NCBI GenBank assembly: GCA_934089275.1 | Contig: CAKOJJ010000004.1 | Coordinates: 6,196-70,195, forward strand | DNA: 64,000 nt | From: an uncultured Bacilli bacterium | GTDB taxonomy: Bacteria > Bacillota_I > Bacilli_A > RF39 > UBA660 | Direction: 5' to 3' | In this document: one piece after another, positions 23,441 to 33,604 of the stretch | Numbering within the stretch: the first letter of the stretch is position 1 | Layout of the letters: every line of letters begins with the position of its first letter | Notes under the pieces: model-generated | The model's database searches: none | Seen by the model: the letters and a program-made list of their open reading frames with translations, nothing else | Told to the model about the DNA's origin: nothing | Translations under genes and position numbers: made by a program

Positions 23441-24562
23441 TTAATAAGTCTTTATAGGTAATATTAATTGAATTAATGACTCATCAGTAGCAGATTTTAA
23501 TATGATAGGTTTCGAATCCCCATTCATAAATATTGTTATATCATCACTTGAGAAAGTTTTTAATGCATCCATCATATACTTAGCACTGAAAGATATTGAA
23601 ATATCCTCCGAAGTATTCTTATCTATTTCAATATAATCCTCGACTTTTCCAATTTCAGAAGCAAATGATGATATTTCTAACATATTTTCTTTAGTTTCCA
23701 TCTTTATAATATTTTTTTCTTTGCTTTGAGCAAGTAAAGCAGCACGATCAATAGATGAGAATAAATCATTAAGTTTAGTAGTAATTATAAATATGAAATC
23801 ATTTGGAATAAATGATGAAGTATTTGGATAAGTTCCATTTAATAAGTTAGATTGGAAGTCAACATGCTCATATCTAAACAATATTTTGTTATTAAATACA
23901 TGGATTTCAACATTTTCTTCATTATCTTCTAATATTTTATCTAAATTATCAACATTTTTTCCAGGAATAACGATATCCACTGGTTCACTTATAGTTTGAT
24001 CTAAAATAATTGTCTTTTTAGCTAAACGATATGAATCAGTTGCAATTGCTTCTAAGACATTGCCATTAACTTTAATATTAATACCTGTAAGTAATGGACG
24101 TGATTCTTGAGTTGATATAGCAAATATTACTTGTTTAATTAATGTTTTTAATTCTGTTGCTTTTAAATTAATATATTCATCCTTTGTTTCTATATCTATT
24201 TGTGGATAATCTAAACTATTTAAACAATTTAAGTTATATTTACTATGTTCAGTGTAAATCATTATCTTTAAATCGTCAATAACTTCAAAGTTTACAACAT
24301 CACTTGGCATTTTTCTAATGATATCTATTAAAAATTTACTTTGAATAATGATTGTTCCTGTAGAATCAATGCTTTCTATTTTATCACTTGGGATAAATGA
24401 TTTAATAGTTAAATCTGTATCACTTGCCATTAATGTAAGTCCTTCATTAGTAAGTTCAAACTTTATTCCATTAAGTATTGGTATAATGTTTCTACTTGAT
24501 ATTGCTTTGCTTACATTCACTAATTGGTCTAAAATAATATTTTTCTTAATTTTAAATTTCAT
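23441..24562 (-). CDS. dnaN: DNA polymerase III beta sliding clamp
   Basis: 373 aa with three-domain clamp pattern. Follows dnaA. Confidence 0.95.
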   Translation of the reverse strand: MKFKIKKNIILDQLVNVSKAISSRNIIPILNGIKFELTNEGLTLMASDTDLTIKSFIPSDKIESIDSTGTIIIQSKFLIDIIRKMPSDVVNFEVIDDLKIMIYTEHSKYNLNCLNSLDYPQIDIETKDEYINLKATELKTLIKQVIFAISTQESRPLLTGINIKVNGNVLEAIATDSYRLAKKTIILDQTISEPVDIVIPGKNVDNLDKILEDNEENVEIHVFNNKILFRYEHVDFQSNLLNGTYPNTSSFIPNDFIFIITTKLNDLFSSIDRAALLAQSKEKNIIKMETKENMLEISSFASEIGKVEDYIEIDKNTSEDISISFSAKYMMDALKTFSSDDITIFMNGDSKPIILKSATDESLIQLILPIKTY

Positions 24563-24703
24563 ATAATATTCCTTCTTTCTTTTTTTATATTATTTTTATT
24601 ATTAGTGTTGAAAATGTTGAAAACCATGTTTACACCTTTATTTCCATACATTTTACACATTATTTTTCACTTTTAAGTGTTAATAACTTACAACTTATTA
24701 ACA
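24563..24703. promoter_or_regulatory. oriC part 2 (dnaA-dnaN spacer): DnaA boxes plus AT-rich unwinding candidate
   Basis: Tandem TGTTGAAAA boxes at 24606-24614 and 24615-24623, next to an almost pure A/T run at 24570-24600. Confidence 0.6.
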
Positions 24704-26053
24704 TTAATTCATGATTTTATCTTTAATTTTATTAATTTCTTCTCTTAGTTCTTCATCTTTTTTAAATGATTCCCCTATCTTATCACATGCATGGATAACT
24801 GTTGCGTGATCTCGGTTGAATTCAAGTCCTATTTTATCCAGTGTTTCCTCAGTTGTCATTTTACATAAGTAAATAGCAACTTGCCTTGCATGATTGATAA
24901 TCGCTGTTCGTTTCTTGCTTTTTAATGATTCTACTGTCAAGTCATAATACTCAGCAACAGCTTTTTGAATCTTTTGTATATTGTTCGTGATATACACGGA
25001 AGAACCTATATAATCTTTTAAAGCATCCTTTGCAAACTCTAAGTTGATTTCTTTTGGTGAGTACATTGCTGTTACAGCATATAAACGATTAATCGCACCT
25101 TCCAAGTGTCTTACGTCATTTTCACAGTTATTTGCAATATACTCTAAAACTTCCGGAGCTATAAGTTTACTAACTTCATGCCCAGCAATTTTATTTTTAA
25201 CTATCTTTAATCTAAGTTCATAATCTGGAGGCATTATATTAACTGTAAGTCCCCAAGTAAACCTTGTTCTTAAACGCTCTTCTAGTACTTTTAAGTCATC
25301 TGGACTTCTATCTGAAGATATAATTATCTGTTTATTTAAGCTATATAATTCATTAAAAGTATTAAAAAATTCATCTTGAGTTTTATTTGCACCACCTAAG
25401 AATTGAATATCATCTATTATTAAAACATCAACACTTCGATATTTTTCCTTAAAATGAGCAATCAGATCTAAATTATTATCATCTTTTCGATTTATCTGTG
25501 TAAAATCGGTAATAAAGCGTTCACTAGTAACGTAAAGCACGGTTTTATTAAGATTTTCCTTAACGAAATTACCAATTGCATGCATTAAATGTGTTTTACC
25601 TAACCCACTCTTTCCATATATAAAAAGTGGATTATAAAGTTTTCCAGGCTGCTCAGCAACAGATAAACCAACTGTCTGAGCAAGTCTATTTGAATTTCCT
25701 ACCACAAAGTTATCAAAAGTATAGTTAGGATTTAAATTGCTGTTATTATCTTTAAACTTCGGAATATCTATAACCGGTTCTTCAATAATAACCTCTTCTT
25801 CTTTAATATCATCCTTACAAATTACTTCAAAATCAAATTCATCATCACTTATTTCTTTTAAGACATCTTTAATAATATTTTCATAGTAATTATTAATATA
25901 GTCCTTTTTATACTTATTTGCTGCACATATCACCAAATTATGGTTATCCAAACTTATAATCTCAGCATCTTTAAACCAAGTGTTAAATGAAATATTATTT
26001 AACTTACTGCTAAGGACATTCAAAAAATTGTTCCAAAAATTCTCCTTCTCCAT
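24704..26053 (-). CDS. dnaA: chromosomal replication initiator DnaA
   Basis: GKSGLGKTHL Walker A, IDDIQFL Walker B and a C-terminal DNA-binding domain (DHATVIHA). Confidence 0.97.
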   Translation of the reverse strand: MEKENFWNNFLNVLSSKLNNISFNTWFKDAEIISLDNHNLVICAANKYKKDYINNYYENIIKDVLKEISDDEFDFEVICKDDIKEEEVIIEEPVIDIPKFKDNNSNLNPNYTFDNFVVGNSNRLAQTVGLSVAEQPGKLYNPLFIYGKSGLGKTHLMHAIGNFVKENLNKTVLYVTSERFITDFTQINRKDDNNLDLIAHFKEKYRSVDVLIIDDIQFLGGANKTQDEFFNTFNELYSLNKQIIISSDRSPDDLKVLEERLRTRFTWGLTVNIMPPDYELRLKIVKNKIAGHEVSKLIAPEVLEYIANNCENDVRHLEGAINRLYAVTAMYSPKEINLEFAKDALKDYIGSSVYITNNIQKIQKAVAEYYDLTVESLKSKKRTAIINHARQVAIYLCKMTTEETLDKIGLEFNRDHATVIHACDKIGESFKKDEELREEINKIKDKIMN

Positions 26054-26327
26054 TTAACCACCCTAATTCAAATTCGATTCTGTTTAACTAAATAAATTGT
26101 AAATCACTTTTGTTGAAAAATAAAGTACAATCTTAAAAAAATATGTTATCAACACGTTATCAACAAACTTATTAACAATTTATGTACTATAATAACGTAA
26201 AAAAAATGACTTTTCAACACTTTCAACAAATTATTTAAAAAAGTTTTCAAACGGTGGAAAAAGTTTTAAACAATTAACGTTGAAAAGTTGAAAACTGCTA
26301 AATTTACCGAAAATAACGCAAAAATAA
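26054..26327. promoter_or_regulatory. oriC part 1: DnaA-box cluster upstream of dnaA
   Basis: At least 9 boxes of type TTWTCAACA / TGTTGAAAA: 26111, 26146, 26157, 26211, 26220, 26253 (TTTTCCACC on the other strand), 26278 and 26286. Gene orientation switches here. Confidence 0.7.
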
Positions 26328-26390
26328 TTGACTTATACAACCTATTATTATATAATAACCTTGCTTTTGAGATGTGGAGGTGGAACAAGA

Positions 26391-26513
26391 ATGAAAAGAA
26401 CATTTCAACCAAATAATCGTAAAAAATCAAAAAAACATGGATTCTTTGCACGTAAAAATTCTAAGATACTAAAAACTAGAAGAGCAAAAGGAAGAAAAAT
26501 TTTAAGTAGATAA
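26391..26513 (+). CDS. rpmH: 50S ribosomal protein L34
   Basis: [18 protein letters not shown]...RRAKGRK. Promoter TTGACT-17-TATAAT at 26328-26356. Start trimmed from the track ORF. Confidence 0.93.
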   Translation: MKRTFQPNNRKKSKKHGFFARKNSKILKTRRAKGRKILSR

Positions 26514-26516
26514 TAT

Positions 26517-26537
26517 AAGCCACTTTTGTGGCTTTTT
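26517..26537 (+). terminator. rho-independent terminator/attenuator after rpmH
   Basis: AAGCCAC-TTTT-GTGGCTT followed by a T-run. Confidence 0.65.
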
Positions 26538-26565
26538 ATTCTATATGAAAAAAAGGAGGGTAATT

Positions 26566-26883
26566 ATGAAAAAATATGAAACAATTAAAGAACATAAGGA
26601 ATTTGATTATATAATCCATAAATGCCCTTACAAAAAAAGTAATAGTTTTATTATATATAATAAGGAAAGCGATTTTAATTATCCACGTTTTGGTATAGCT
26701 GTATCAAAAAAACTTGGAAATGCGGTTACACGTAATCGAGCTAAAAGGGTAGTTAGGGAATTAATCCATAATAACAAAAAGTTATTTAAAAATAATAAAG
26801 ATTATATTATAATAATTAAAAAAGGTCTTCTTGATTTATCTTATAAAGAATTAACTGATGAATTGATTAAGACATTAAGATAG
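26566..26883 (+). CDS. rnpA: RNase P protein component
   Basis: Basic about-105-aa protein (GIAVSKKLGNAVTRNRAKR) after rpmH. ATG at 26566 follows AGGAGGG. Confidence 0.9.
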   Translation: MKKYETIKEHKEFDYIIHKCPYKKSNSFIIYNKESDFNYPRFGIAVSKKLGNAVTRNRAKRVVRELIHNNKKLFKNNKDYIIIIKKGLLDLSYKELTDELIKTLR

Positions 26884-26891
26884 GTGGGAAT

Positions 26892-27821
26892 ATGAAAAAG
26901 AAGATATTTATTATAGTTGCAATCGTGTTAGTAACATTAACTGGTTGTAATAAAACTTTAGTAGATGGAGACAAGAAAAGAGTAATTGATGAAAAAACAG
27001 GTCAAAGTTTATCCGCAAATATTCTATGTTTACCAGAAGATGAAGAAATTTTAGCAAATTATCAAAAATACGAAGAGTACATGGATGTTAAATTAAGTGA
27101 TTTACCTAAATGTTCAGCTATGAAGGTTTACGACAAAAAATCTTACAACGGACTTTGGGTACAATTATTTGTCCGTCCACTTGCTTGGGTAATAATTAAT
27201 CTTGGTAAGCTTTTAGGAAATTATGGTGTATCTGTTATGGTAATTGGTATCATCATTAGATTAATAATGATGCCATTCAGTGCTAAAACAATCAAACAAC
27301 AAGAAAGCTTAAAGAAAGCTCAACCAGAATTAGAAAGAATTGAAAAAAAATATAAAGATCGTACAGATCAAGAAGCTATGATGCAAAAGAGTCAAGAAAC
27401 TTTGGCAATTTATAAAAAATATAATGTAAATCCAATGAGCAGTTGCTTGGTATCGTTTATTCAATTACCTTTATTCTTTGCATTCCTAGAAGCAATAAAT
27501 CGAGTACCTGCAATATTTGAAAACAACTTCTGGAAATTCCAATTAGGAACAACACCACTTGTTGGTATCAAAGAAGGAAATTATTATTACATAATTTTAA
27601 TAGTTTTAATTGTATTGTTTACAGCCTTATCATTTAAAATGACGATGGCTCAAACAAGTGCTACAACAGAAGGTGGAATTCAATCAAAATATATGATGAT
27701 ATTCATGACAGTATTCATTGGAATAGCATCAATTCAACTACCATCTGCTATTGCACTATATTGGGTAGTAACAAATGCATTTAATGTATTCCAAACAATA
27801 TTGTTTAAGAAAGTAGGTTAA
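26892..27821 (+). CDS. yidC: membrane insertase YidC/SpoIIIJ (lipoprotein)
   Basis: LTGC lipobox, multi-TM Oxa1 core (PMSSCLVSFIQLPLFFAF) and synteny. Confidence 0.9.
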   Translation: MKKKIFIIVAIVLVTLTGCNKTLVDGDKKRVIDEKTGQSLSANILCLPEDEEILANYQKYEEYMDVKLSDLPKCSAMKVYDKKSYNGLWVQLFVRPLAWVIINLGKLLGNYGVSVMVIGIIIRLIMMPFSAKTIKQQESLKKAQPELERIEKKYKDRTDQEAMMQKSQETLAIYKKYNVNPMSSCLVSFIQLPLFFAFLEAINRVPAIFENNFWKFQLGTTPLVGIKEGNYYYIILIVLIVLFTALSFKMTMAQTSATTEGGIQSKYMMIFMTVFIGIASIQLPSAIALYWVVTNAFNVFQTILFKKVG

Positions 27822-27825
27822 AATT

Positions 27826-28440
27826 ATGAAGTATGAAGTATTTGAAGGAAAAACAGAAGAAGAAGCAAAAGAAAAAGCATTAACTGGATTAAATATAAGT
27901 GAAAATGAATGTTTAATAAGAGTAGAAAAAATTCATACAGGACTTCTAAAAAAAGAATCATTTAGATTATACGTTTATAAACTAACTGATATAGTTGATT
28001 ATTTAAAGGAATACCTTGAATCAATTATAAGTGGTATGGGAATAAAAGTTTCTTTTGAATCGAAGATTAGAGATGAACAAATAACTATAAAAATGTATTC
28101 TGATAATAATAAAATACTTATCGGTCATAACGGTCAAACATTAACAGCTTTAACAACTATTTGTAAACAAGTAGTTATGAATGAAATAAAATGTTATCCA
28201 TATTTGATATTAGATGTAGAAAATTATAAAGAAAAACAAGTTAAATATTTAGAAAGACTTGCTAAAAATATCGCACGTGAAGTTAAATCAACTCATGAAC
28301 CAGTTGAACTTGAAAATATGAATTCTTATGAAAGAAGAGTAATTCATAATATTTTAACTGATGATAAATATGTTTATACTGAAAGTACTGGAGAAGAACC
28401 AAATAGACACGTAGTAATTAAACCTAAAGAGAATAAATAA
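27826..28440 (+). CDS. jag: Jag/KhpB RNA-binding protein (KH + R3H)
   Basis: C-terminal R3H pattern (MNSYERRVIHNIL...ESTGEEPNRHVVIKP). Synteny after yidC. Confidence 0.88.
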   Translation: MKYEVFEGKTEEEAKEKALTGLNISENECLIRVEKIHTGLLKKESFRLYVYKLTDIVDYLKEYLESIISGMGIKVSFESKIRDEQITIKMYSDNNKILIGHNGQTLTALTTICKQVVMNEIKCYPYLILDVENYKEKQVKYLERLAKNIAREVKSTHEPVELENMNSYERRVIHNILTDDKYVYTESTGEEPNRHVVIKPKENK

Positions 28441-28455
28441 TTCTCTTTTTTTTTT
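28428..28455 (+). terminator. rho-independent terminator
   Basis: AGAGAAT-AAATA-ATTCTCT followed by T9. Confidence 0.7.
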
Positions 28456-28501
28456 CAATTGTAAGTGTTAAAATATGAGTGTGTTTGAAGGAGGCCAAGT
28501 T

Positions 28502-29857
28502 ATGAACGAAAATATATGTGCAATATCGACTGCTTTAGGTGTTGGAGCAATTTCAATAGTTAGATGTTCTGGACCAGATGTAATAAATATTGTAAATAAA
28601 ATATTTAAGGGAACAAATTTAGAAAATGTTCCTAGTCATACTATTCATTATGGACATATCGTTGACGGGTATGATGTAATTGATGAAGTACTTGTAAGTG
28701 TAATGCGCGCTCCTAAAACTTTTACTAAGGAAGATGTAGTAGAAATAAACTGTCATGGTGGAATTTCTACAACAAACAAAGTATTAGAATTATTACTTGT
28801 GAGTGGTTGCCGTATGGCTACTCCTGGTGAATTTACTAAAAAAGCTTTTTTAAATGGTAGAATTGATTTAACTGAAGCTGAAGGAATTCAAGAACTTATT
28901 TCTTCAGAAGGAGAAGAAGCTAGAAAATATGCCATGAATAAAGTTGAAGGAAATCTAAAAAATATTATAAAATCCATAAGAGAAGAACTTGTTAATTTAA
29001 GCGCTGTTCTTGAAGTTAACTATGATTATCCAGAAGAAACTGATAATCCAGAAATGACTTATGATTTATTAAGTACTAAATTAAAAGCTATTGATGCGTC
29101 TTTAAAATCTCTAGTGAGTTCAACAGAAAACGTTCAATTTGTCTCAAATGGAATTGATTTAGCAATCATTGGAAAACCAAATGTAGGAAAAAGTAGTATT
29201 TTAAATCATTTAACTAACGAAAATAAAGCAATAGTTACCAATATTGCCGGAACAACAAGGGATGTTGTGTATGGATCCATATTTTTAAATGGGGTTAAAT
29301 TCAATTTAATTGACACAGCTGGAATAAGAGAAAGTGATGATTTAGTAGAACAAATAGGTGTAACACGTAGTAAAGAAGCGATTATGTCTTCAGATTTAGT
29401 TGTTTTTGTTTTAAACAACAATGAACCAATAACTCAAGAAGAATTAGATGTTATTAACACTGAAACTTCTGCTAAAAAAATAATTTTTATCAACAAGTGT
29501 GACCTTGAAGAGAAAATCAATTTGGATAAATTAAAGGATTATACGATTTGTTATGGAAATACAGTAGAAGCAAATGGTTTGGATTCATTAAAACAAACTA
29601 TAATAGAATTGTTTAATCTTGATGAATTAAAAAGTAAAAACTATAATTATTTATCAAATGCAAGACATATTGCTTTAGTAAAAGAAGCCGTTTCCGCTGT
29701 AGAAAACGGAATAGAATCTGCAGAAAATGGTCTTCCATTTGAAATGATTTCAGTTGATATAAATGAAGCATATGATCTTTTAGGAGAAATAATTGGAGCA
29801 GTTTATAAAGATGAATTGTTAGACACTTTATTTTCTAAATTTTGTCTAGGAAAGTAG
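28502..29857 (+). CDS. mnmE: tRNA modification GTPase MnmE
   Basis: GKPNVGKSS G1 motif, DTAGIR G3 motif and C-terminal FCLGK. ATG at 28502 follows GAAGGAGG. Confidence 0.95.
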   Translation: MNENICAISTALGVGAISIVRCSGPDVINIVNKIFKGTNLENVPSHTIHYGHIVDGYDVIDEVLVSVMRAPKTFTKEDVVEINCHGGISTTNKVLELLLVSGCRMATPGEFTKKAFLNGRIDLTEAEGIQELISSEGEEARKYAMNKVEGNLKNIIKSIREELVNLSAVLEVNYDYPEETDNPEMTYDLLSTKLKAIDASLKSLVSSTENVQFVSNGIDLAIIGKPNVGKSSILNHLTNENKAIVTNIAGTTRDVVYGSIFLNGVKFNLIDTAGIRESDDLVEQIGVTRSKEAIMSSDLVVFVLNNNEPITQEELDVINTETSAKKIIFINKCDLEEKINLDKLKDYTICYGNTVEANGLDSLKQTIIELFNLDELKSKNYNYLSNARHIALVKEAVSAVENGIESAENGLPFEMISVDINEAYDLLGEIIGAVYKDELLDTLFSKFCLGK

Positions 29858-29866
29858 GAATGACTT

Positions 29867-31741
29867 ATGAAATATGATGTAATAGTAGTTGGAGGCGGAC
29901 ATGCCGGTTGTGAAGCTGCATCTGCTGCTGCAAGATGTGGATGTTTTACAGCGCTTATCACTTCCAATTTAAAAAATATAGCTGATATGCCTTGTAATCC
30001 AAGTATTGGTGGAACAGCGAAAGGAATTGTTGTAAGGGAAGTAGATGCTTTAGGTGGTTTAATGGGGCGTGTAGCTGATATGTCTCATTTACAAATAAAA
30101 ATGCTAAATTCTAGTAAAGGTCCAGCTGTTAAAAGCCTTCGTGCTCAAGGAGATAAAATTACTTATCCTAAAAATATGGTAAATGAATTAAAAAAATTTG
30201 AAAACCTTGAAATAATAGAAGGAATGGTTGAGGATTTAATTGTTGAAGATAATTCTATTAAAGGAGTAATCTTGGATAATGGAGATAAATACTCTTGTAC
30301 ATCTTTAGTATTAACAACAGGAACATACTTAAAAAGTAAAATTTTAGTAGGGGATACTCATAAATACGAAGGACCTCATGGGGAAGTTAGCAGTAAACAT
30401 CTTTCTGATAAATTAAGAGCTCTTGGATTAGAAATTCAAAGATTAAAAACTGGAACTCCTCAAAGAATAGACCCAACAACAGTTGATTATTCAGTTTTAA
30501 CTGAGGAATTAGGTGATGATGAATTACTTGCATTCTCTTTTGATAGAAAACCGGATTATGATCCTAAAAAACAAAGAAAATGTTATTTAGTTTACACAAA
30601 TGAAGAAACTCATAAAATAATAAGAGATAATTTGGAAAAATCAGCAATGTATGGTGGTTATGCTGAAGGAATAGGTCCACGTTACTGTCCAAGTATTGAG
30701 GATAAAGTGGTTCGTTTTAAGGATAAAGAAAGACATCAATTATTTCTAGAACCTGAAAGTGATTTTTATCCAGATTTATATTTACAAGGTTTTTCAACAT
30801 CTATGCCAATAGACGTTCAAGAAAAAATGGTTCACAGTTTAAAAGGGTTAGAACATGCTAAAATATTAAAATATGCTTATGCAATTGAATATGATGCAAT
30901 CAATCCGTTACAAATGAAACCATCTTTGGAATCTAAGGTTATAAATGGATTATTTACTGCTGGTCAAATAAATGGTACAAGTGGGTATGAAGAAGCTGCT
31001 GGTCAAGGTATAATTGCTGGAATTAATGCAAGTCAAAAAGTAAAAGGTGAAGAACCTCTAATTTTAAAAAGAAATGAAGCTTATATCGGTGTATTAATTG
31101 ATGATTTAGTAACAAAGGGAACAAAAGAACCTTATAGATTATTAACTAGCCGTGCTGAATATCGTTTAGTTTTAAGACATGATAATGCTGATTTAAGATT
31201 AAGAAGCATTGGTTATAAATATGGTTCTGTAACCGAAGAACAAATGAATAATTTAAAACGAAAGAAAGAAAGTATTGCTTGTTTAAAAGATGAACTTGCA
31301 AACATTAAAGTTAATTCTCATAATGTTACTAAAGAAATACTAGAATCTTTAGAAACTGATACTTTTGAAGTAGGAATGAGTCTTTTAAATTTACTAAAAA
31401 GACCACAAATAAAAATAAGTATGTTAAAACCATACTTAGAAAATACTTATACAGATGAAGTTCTTGAAATAGTTGAAGTAGAAATTAAATATGCTGGTTA
31501 TATTGAAAAAACAAATCGTGAAATAGAAAAAATGTTAAAGTTAGAAAGTAAACAAATTCCTGATGATATTGATTATGATAAAGTATCCAATATTGCCAGT
31601 GAAGCTAAACAAAAATTAAAACAAATTCGTCCTCAAACTTTAGCTCAAGCAACACGTATAAGTGGAGTAAATTTAACAGATATATCTGTACTTTCAGTTT
31701 ATTTAAAAAAACATTATAGTAAGGATTTAAAAGATGAATAA
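29867..31741 (+). CDS. mnmG: tRNA uridine 5-carboxymethylaminomethyl modification enzyme MnmG
   Basis: YDVIVVGGGHAGCEA FAD motif. 624 aa. Confidence 0.96.
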   Translation: MKYDVIVVGGGHAGCEAASAAARCGCFTALITSNLKNIADMPCNPSIGGTAKGIVVREVDALGGLMGRVADMSHLQIKMLNSSKGPAVKSLRAQGDKITYPKNMVNELKKFENLEIIEGMVEDLIVEDNSIKGVILDNGDKYSCTSLVLTTGTYLKSKILVGDTHKYEGPHGEVSSKHLSDKLRALGLEIQRLKTGTPQRIDPTTVDYSVLTEELGDDELLAFSFDRKPDYDPKKQRKCYLVYTNEETHKIIRDNLEKSAMYGGYAEGIGPRYCPSIEDKVVRFKDKERHQLFLEPESDFYPDLYLQGFSTSMPIDVQEKMVHSLKGLEHAKILKYAYAIEYDAINPLQMKPSLESKVINGLFTAGQINGTSGYEEAAGQGIIAGINASQKVKGEEPLILKRNEAYIGVLIDDLVTKGTKEPYRLLTSRAEYRLVLRHDNADLRLRSIGYKYGSVTEEQMNNLKRKKESIACLKDELANIKVNSHNVTKEILESLETDTFEVGMSLLNLLKRPQIKISMLKPYLENTYTDEVLEIVEVEIKYAGYIEKTNREIEKMLKLESKQIPDDIDYDKVSNIASEAKQKLKQIRPQTLAQATRISGVNLTDISVLSVYLKKHYSKDLKDE

Positions 31742-32456
31742 AGAAGAATTTGTAAATGAATTATCTAAATTTGATATCAAAATAGATGATGAAACATTAG
31801 AAAAATTTAATATTTATATAGAAGAACTCTTAAAATATAATGAACACACAAATTTAACAGCAATAAGAGATTATGATTCGATTTTACTAAAACATTTTTT
31901 TGATTCTCTTATGATAGAAAGATTTTATGACTTTTCATCAGTAGAAACCTTACTTGATATTGGAACAGGTGCTGGATTTCCAGGCATGGTTTTAGCTATA
32001 ATGCATCCAAATATTAAAGTAACTTTATTAGATTCTAATAATAAAAAGTTGAAATTTCTAGAGTTATTAACAATAAAATTAGGTATAAAAAATGTTGAAA
32101 TAGTTCACGAAAGAGCTGAAGAGTTTGCAAAATTAAGAAGAGAATATTATGACGTTGTTACATCACGTGCTGTAAGTGACTTACAAATTTTATCTGAACT
32201 AAGTATACCTTTTTGTAAGTTAAATGGATATTTTATACCTCTTAAAGGTAATATTGATGATGAATTAAAAAGAAGTAACAAAATAATAGCTACGTTGGGT
32301 GGAAACATTGAAAAAACATTTACTTATAAATTAATAAAAGAGGATTCCCTTAGAAATATTATTTTAATTAAAAAGATAAAGAAAACTCCTGATAAGTATC
32401 CTCGTGCATATTCAAAAATTAAAAATGATGTTGAAAAAAGTAGTAAAATAAAGTAA
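31734..32456 (+). CDS. rsmG: 16S rRNA (guanine527-N7)-methyltransferase RsmG
   Basis: DIGTGAGFPG SAM motif. Synteny. Confidence 0.92.
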   Translation: MNKEEFVNELSKFDIKIDDETLEKFNIYIEELLKYNEHTNLTAIRDYDSILLKHFFDSLMIERFYDFSSVETLLDIGTGAGFPGMVLAIMHPNIKVTLLDSNNKKLKFLELLTIKLGIKNVEIVHERAEEFAKLRREYYDVVTSRAVSDLQILSELSIPFCKLNGYFIPLKGNIDDELKRSNKIIATLGGNIEKTFTYKLIKEDSLRNIILIKKIKKTPDKYPRAYSKIKNDVEKSSKIK

Positions 32457-32477
32457 TATTAGTATAGAATAATTGGG

Positions 32478-33596
32478 GTGAAGAACATGAAAATGGAATC
32501 ACAAATACAACTTATTAATATGGAAGATATAATTCCTAATAGATTTCAACCAAGACTTCGATTTTCTGAAGAAGGATTAGATGAACTTGCTGAATCTATA
32601 AAAGAACATGGAATTATTCAACCACTTGTTTTAAGAAGAGTTGGAAATAAATTTGAAATAATAGCAGGTGAGAGAAGGTTTAAAGCATCTGAATTAGCTG
32701 GATTAACTGCAGTTCCTGCAATAATAACTGATTTAGATGATAATGAATCGGCCGAAGTAGCTATAATTGAAAATACACATCGAAGAAATCTTTCAGCCAT
32801 TGAAGAAGCTAGATCTTATAAAAAACTTTTAGATAGAAAATATGTAACTCAAGATCAACTTGCAAAACGTTTAGGTACGAGTCAATCAACTTTAGCCAAT
32901 AAAATTCGTCTTTTAAGCTTAGCTCCAGAAGTTCAAGATGCTTTGATGAATGAAAAAATAAGCGAAAGACATGCAAGAAGTTTGCTTAAAGTAACTGATA
33001 AACTAAAACAAGTTGAATTATTAAACAAAATCATTACTGAGAGATGGACAGTAAAAAGACTTGATGATGAAATTCAAGATATTTTATCAAGTTATCAAAA
33101 CAGTAAGAACATAACTGGAGAAGTACATGCCAACAGTCAACTAGATGTTAATGTTAACGATATATTAAACAATTCTACTGATATTAGTACATCTAATGAA
33201 GTGAATTACTCATACACTGGTGACTCTAACGGTCAACCAACTAGTAAAAAAACATTTTTCTTTAACAATTTAGAAAATGAATCTGTTAATATGAATCCTG
33301 AAGCATCAATTGGATTTAATCCATTTAAAACGAGTGGTATAAACACAAATCCACTAATAAATGAGTTAGATGTTATTGATATTGATGAAGATGAAGAAAA
33401 TGAACCAAAACAACAAGAAGCTCAAAAACCAAAAACATATGGTGAACCTATTGTAGAAACAACAACAGAGATTGAAAATGAATTAAAGAAAATTATCAAT
33501 CTTGCCAATAAAAAATCTCAAAAAGTGAGATTTGAAGAATTTGATTTTGGAGACATGTATCAAATAGTTATTAAAGTAGACAAAAACGGCCATTAA
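32478..33596 (+). CDS. parB: ParB/Spo0J/Noc-family DNA-binding protein with a long low-complexity C-terminal region
   Basis: IPNRFQPR, IIAGERRFKAS and HTH QSTLANKIRLL...ISERHARSLL. The start could be the GTG at 32478 or the ATG at 32487 or 32493. No parA/soj gene is adjacent. Confidence 0.85.
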   Translation: MKNMKMESQIQLINMEDIIPNRFQPRLRFSEEGLDELAESIKEHGIIQPLVLRRVGNKFEIIAGERRFKASELAGLTAVPAIITDLDDNESAEVAIIENTHRRNLSAIEEARSYKKLLDRKYVTQDQLAKRLGTSQSTLANKIRLLSLAPEVQDALMNEKISERHARSLLKVTDKLKQVELLNKIITERWTVKRLDDEIQDILSSYQNSKNITGEVHANSQLDVNVNDILNNSTDISTSNEVNYSYTGDSNGQPTSKKTFFFNNLENESVNMNPEASIGFNPFKTSGINTNPLINELDVIDIDEDEENEPKQQEAQKPKTYGEPIVETTTEIENELKKIINLANKKSQKVRFEEFDFGDMYQIVIKVDKNGH

Positions 33597-33604
33597 GGTC
33601 GTTT

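Noticed and set aside
26266-26451. 61-aa minus-strand ORF and the 5' extension of the rpmH ORF (26328-26390)
   Set aside because: Both lie in the DnaA-box cluster and rpmH promoter. The rpmH start at 26391 has an RBS and the canonical MKRTFQP N-terminus.
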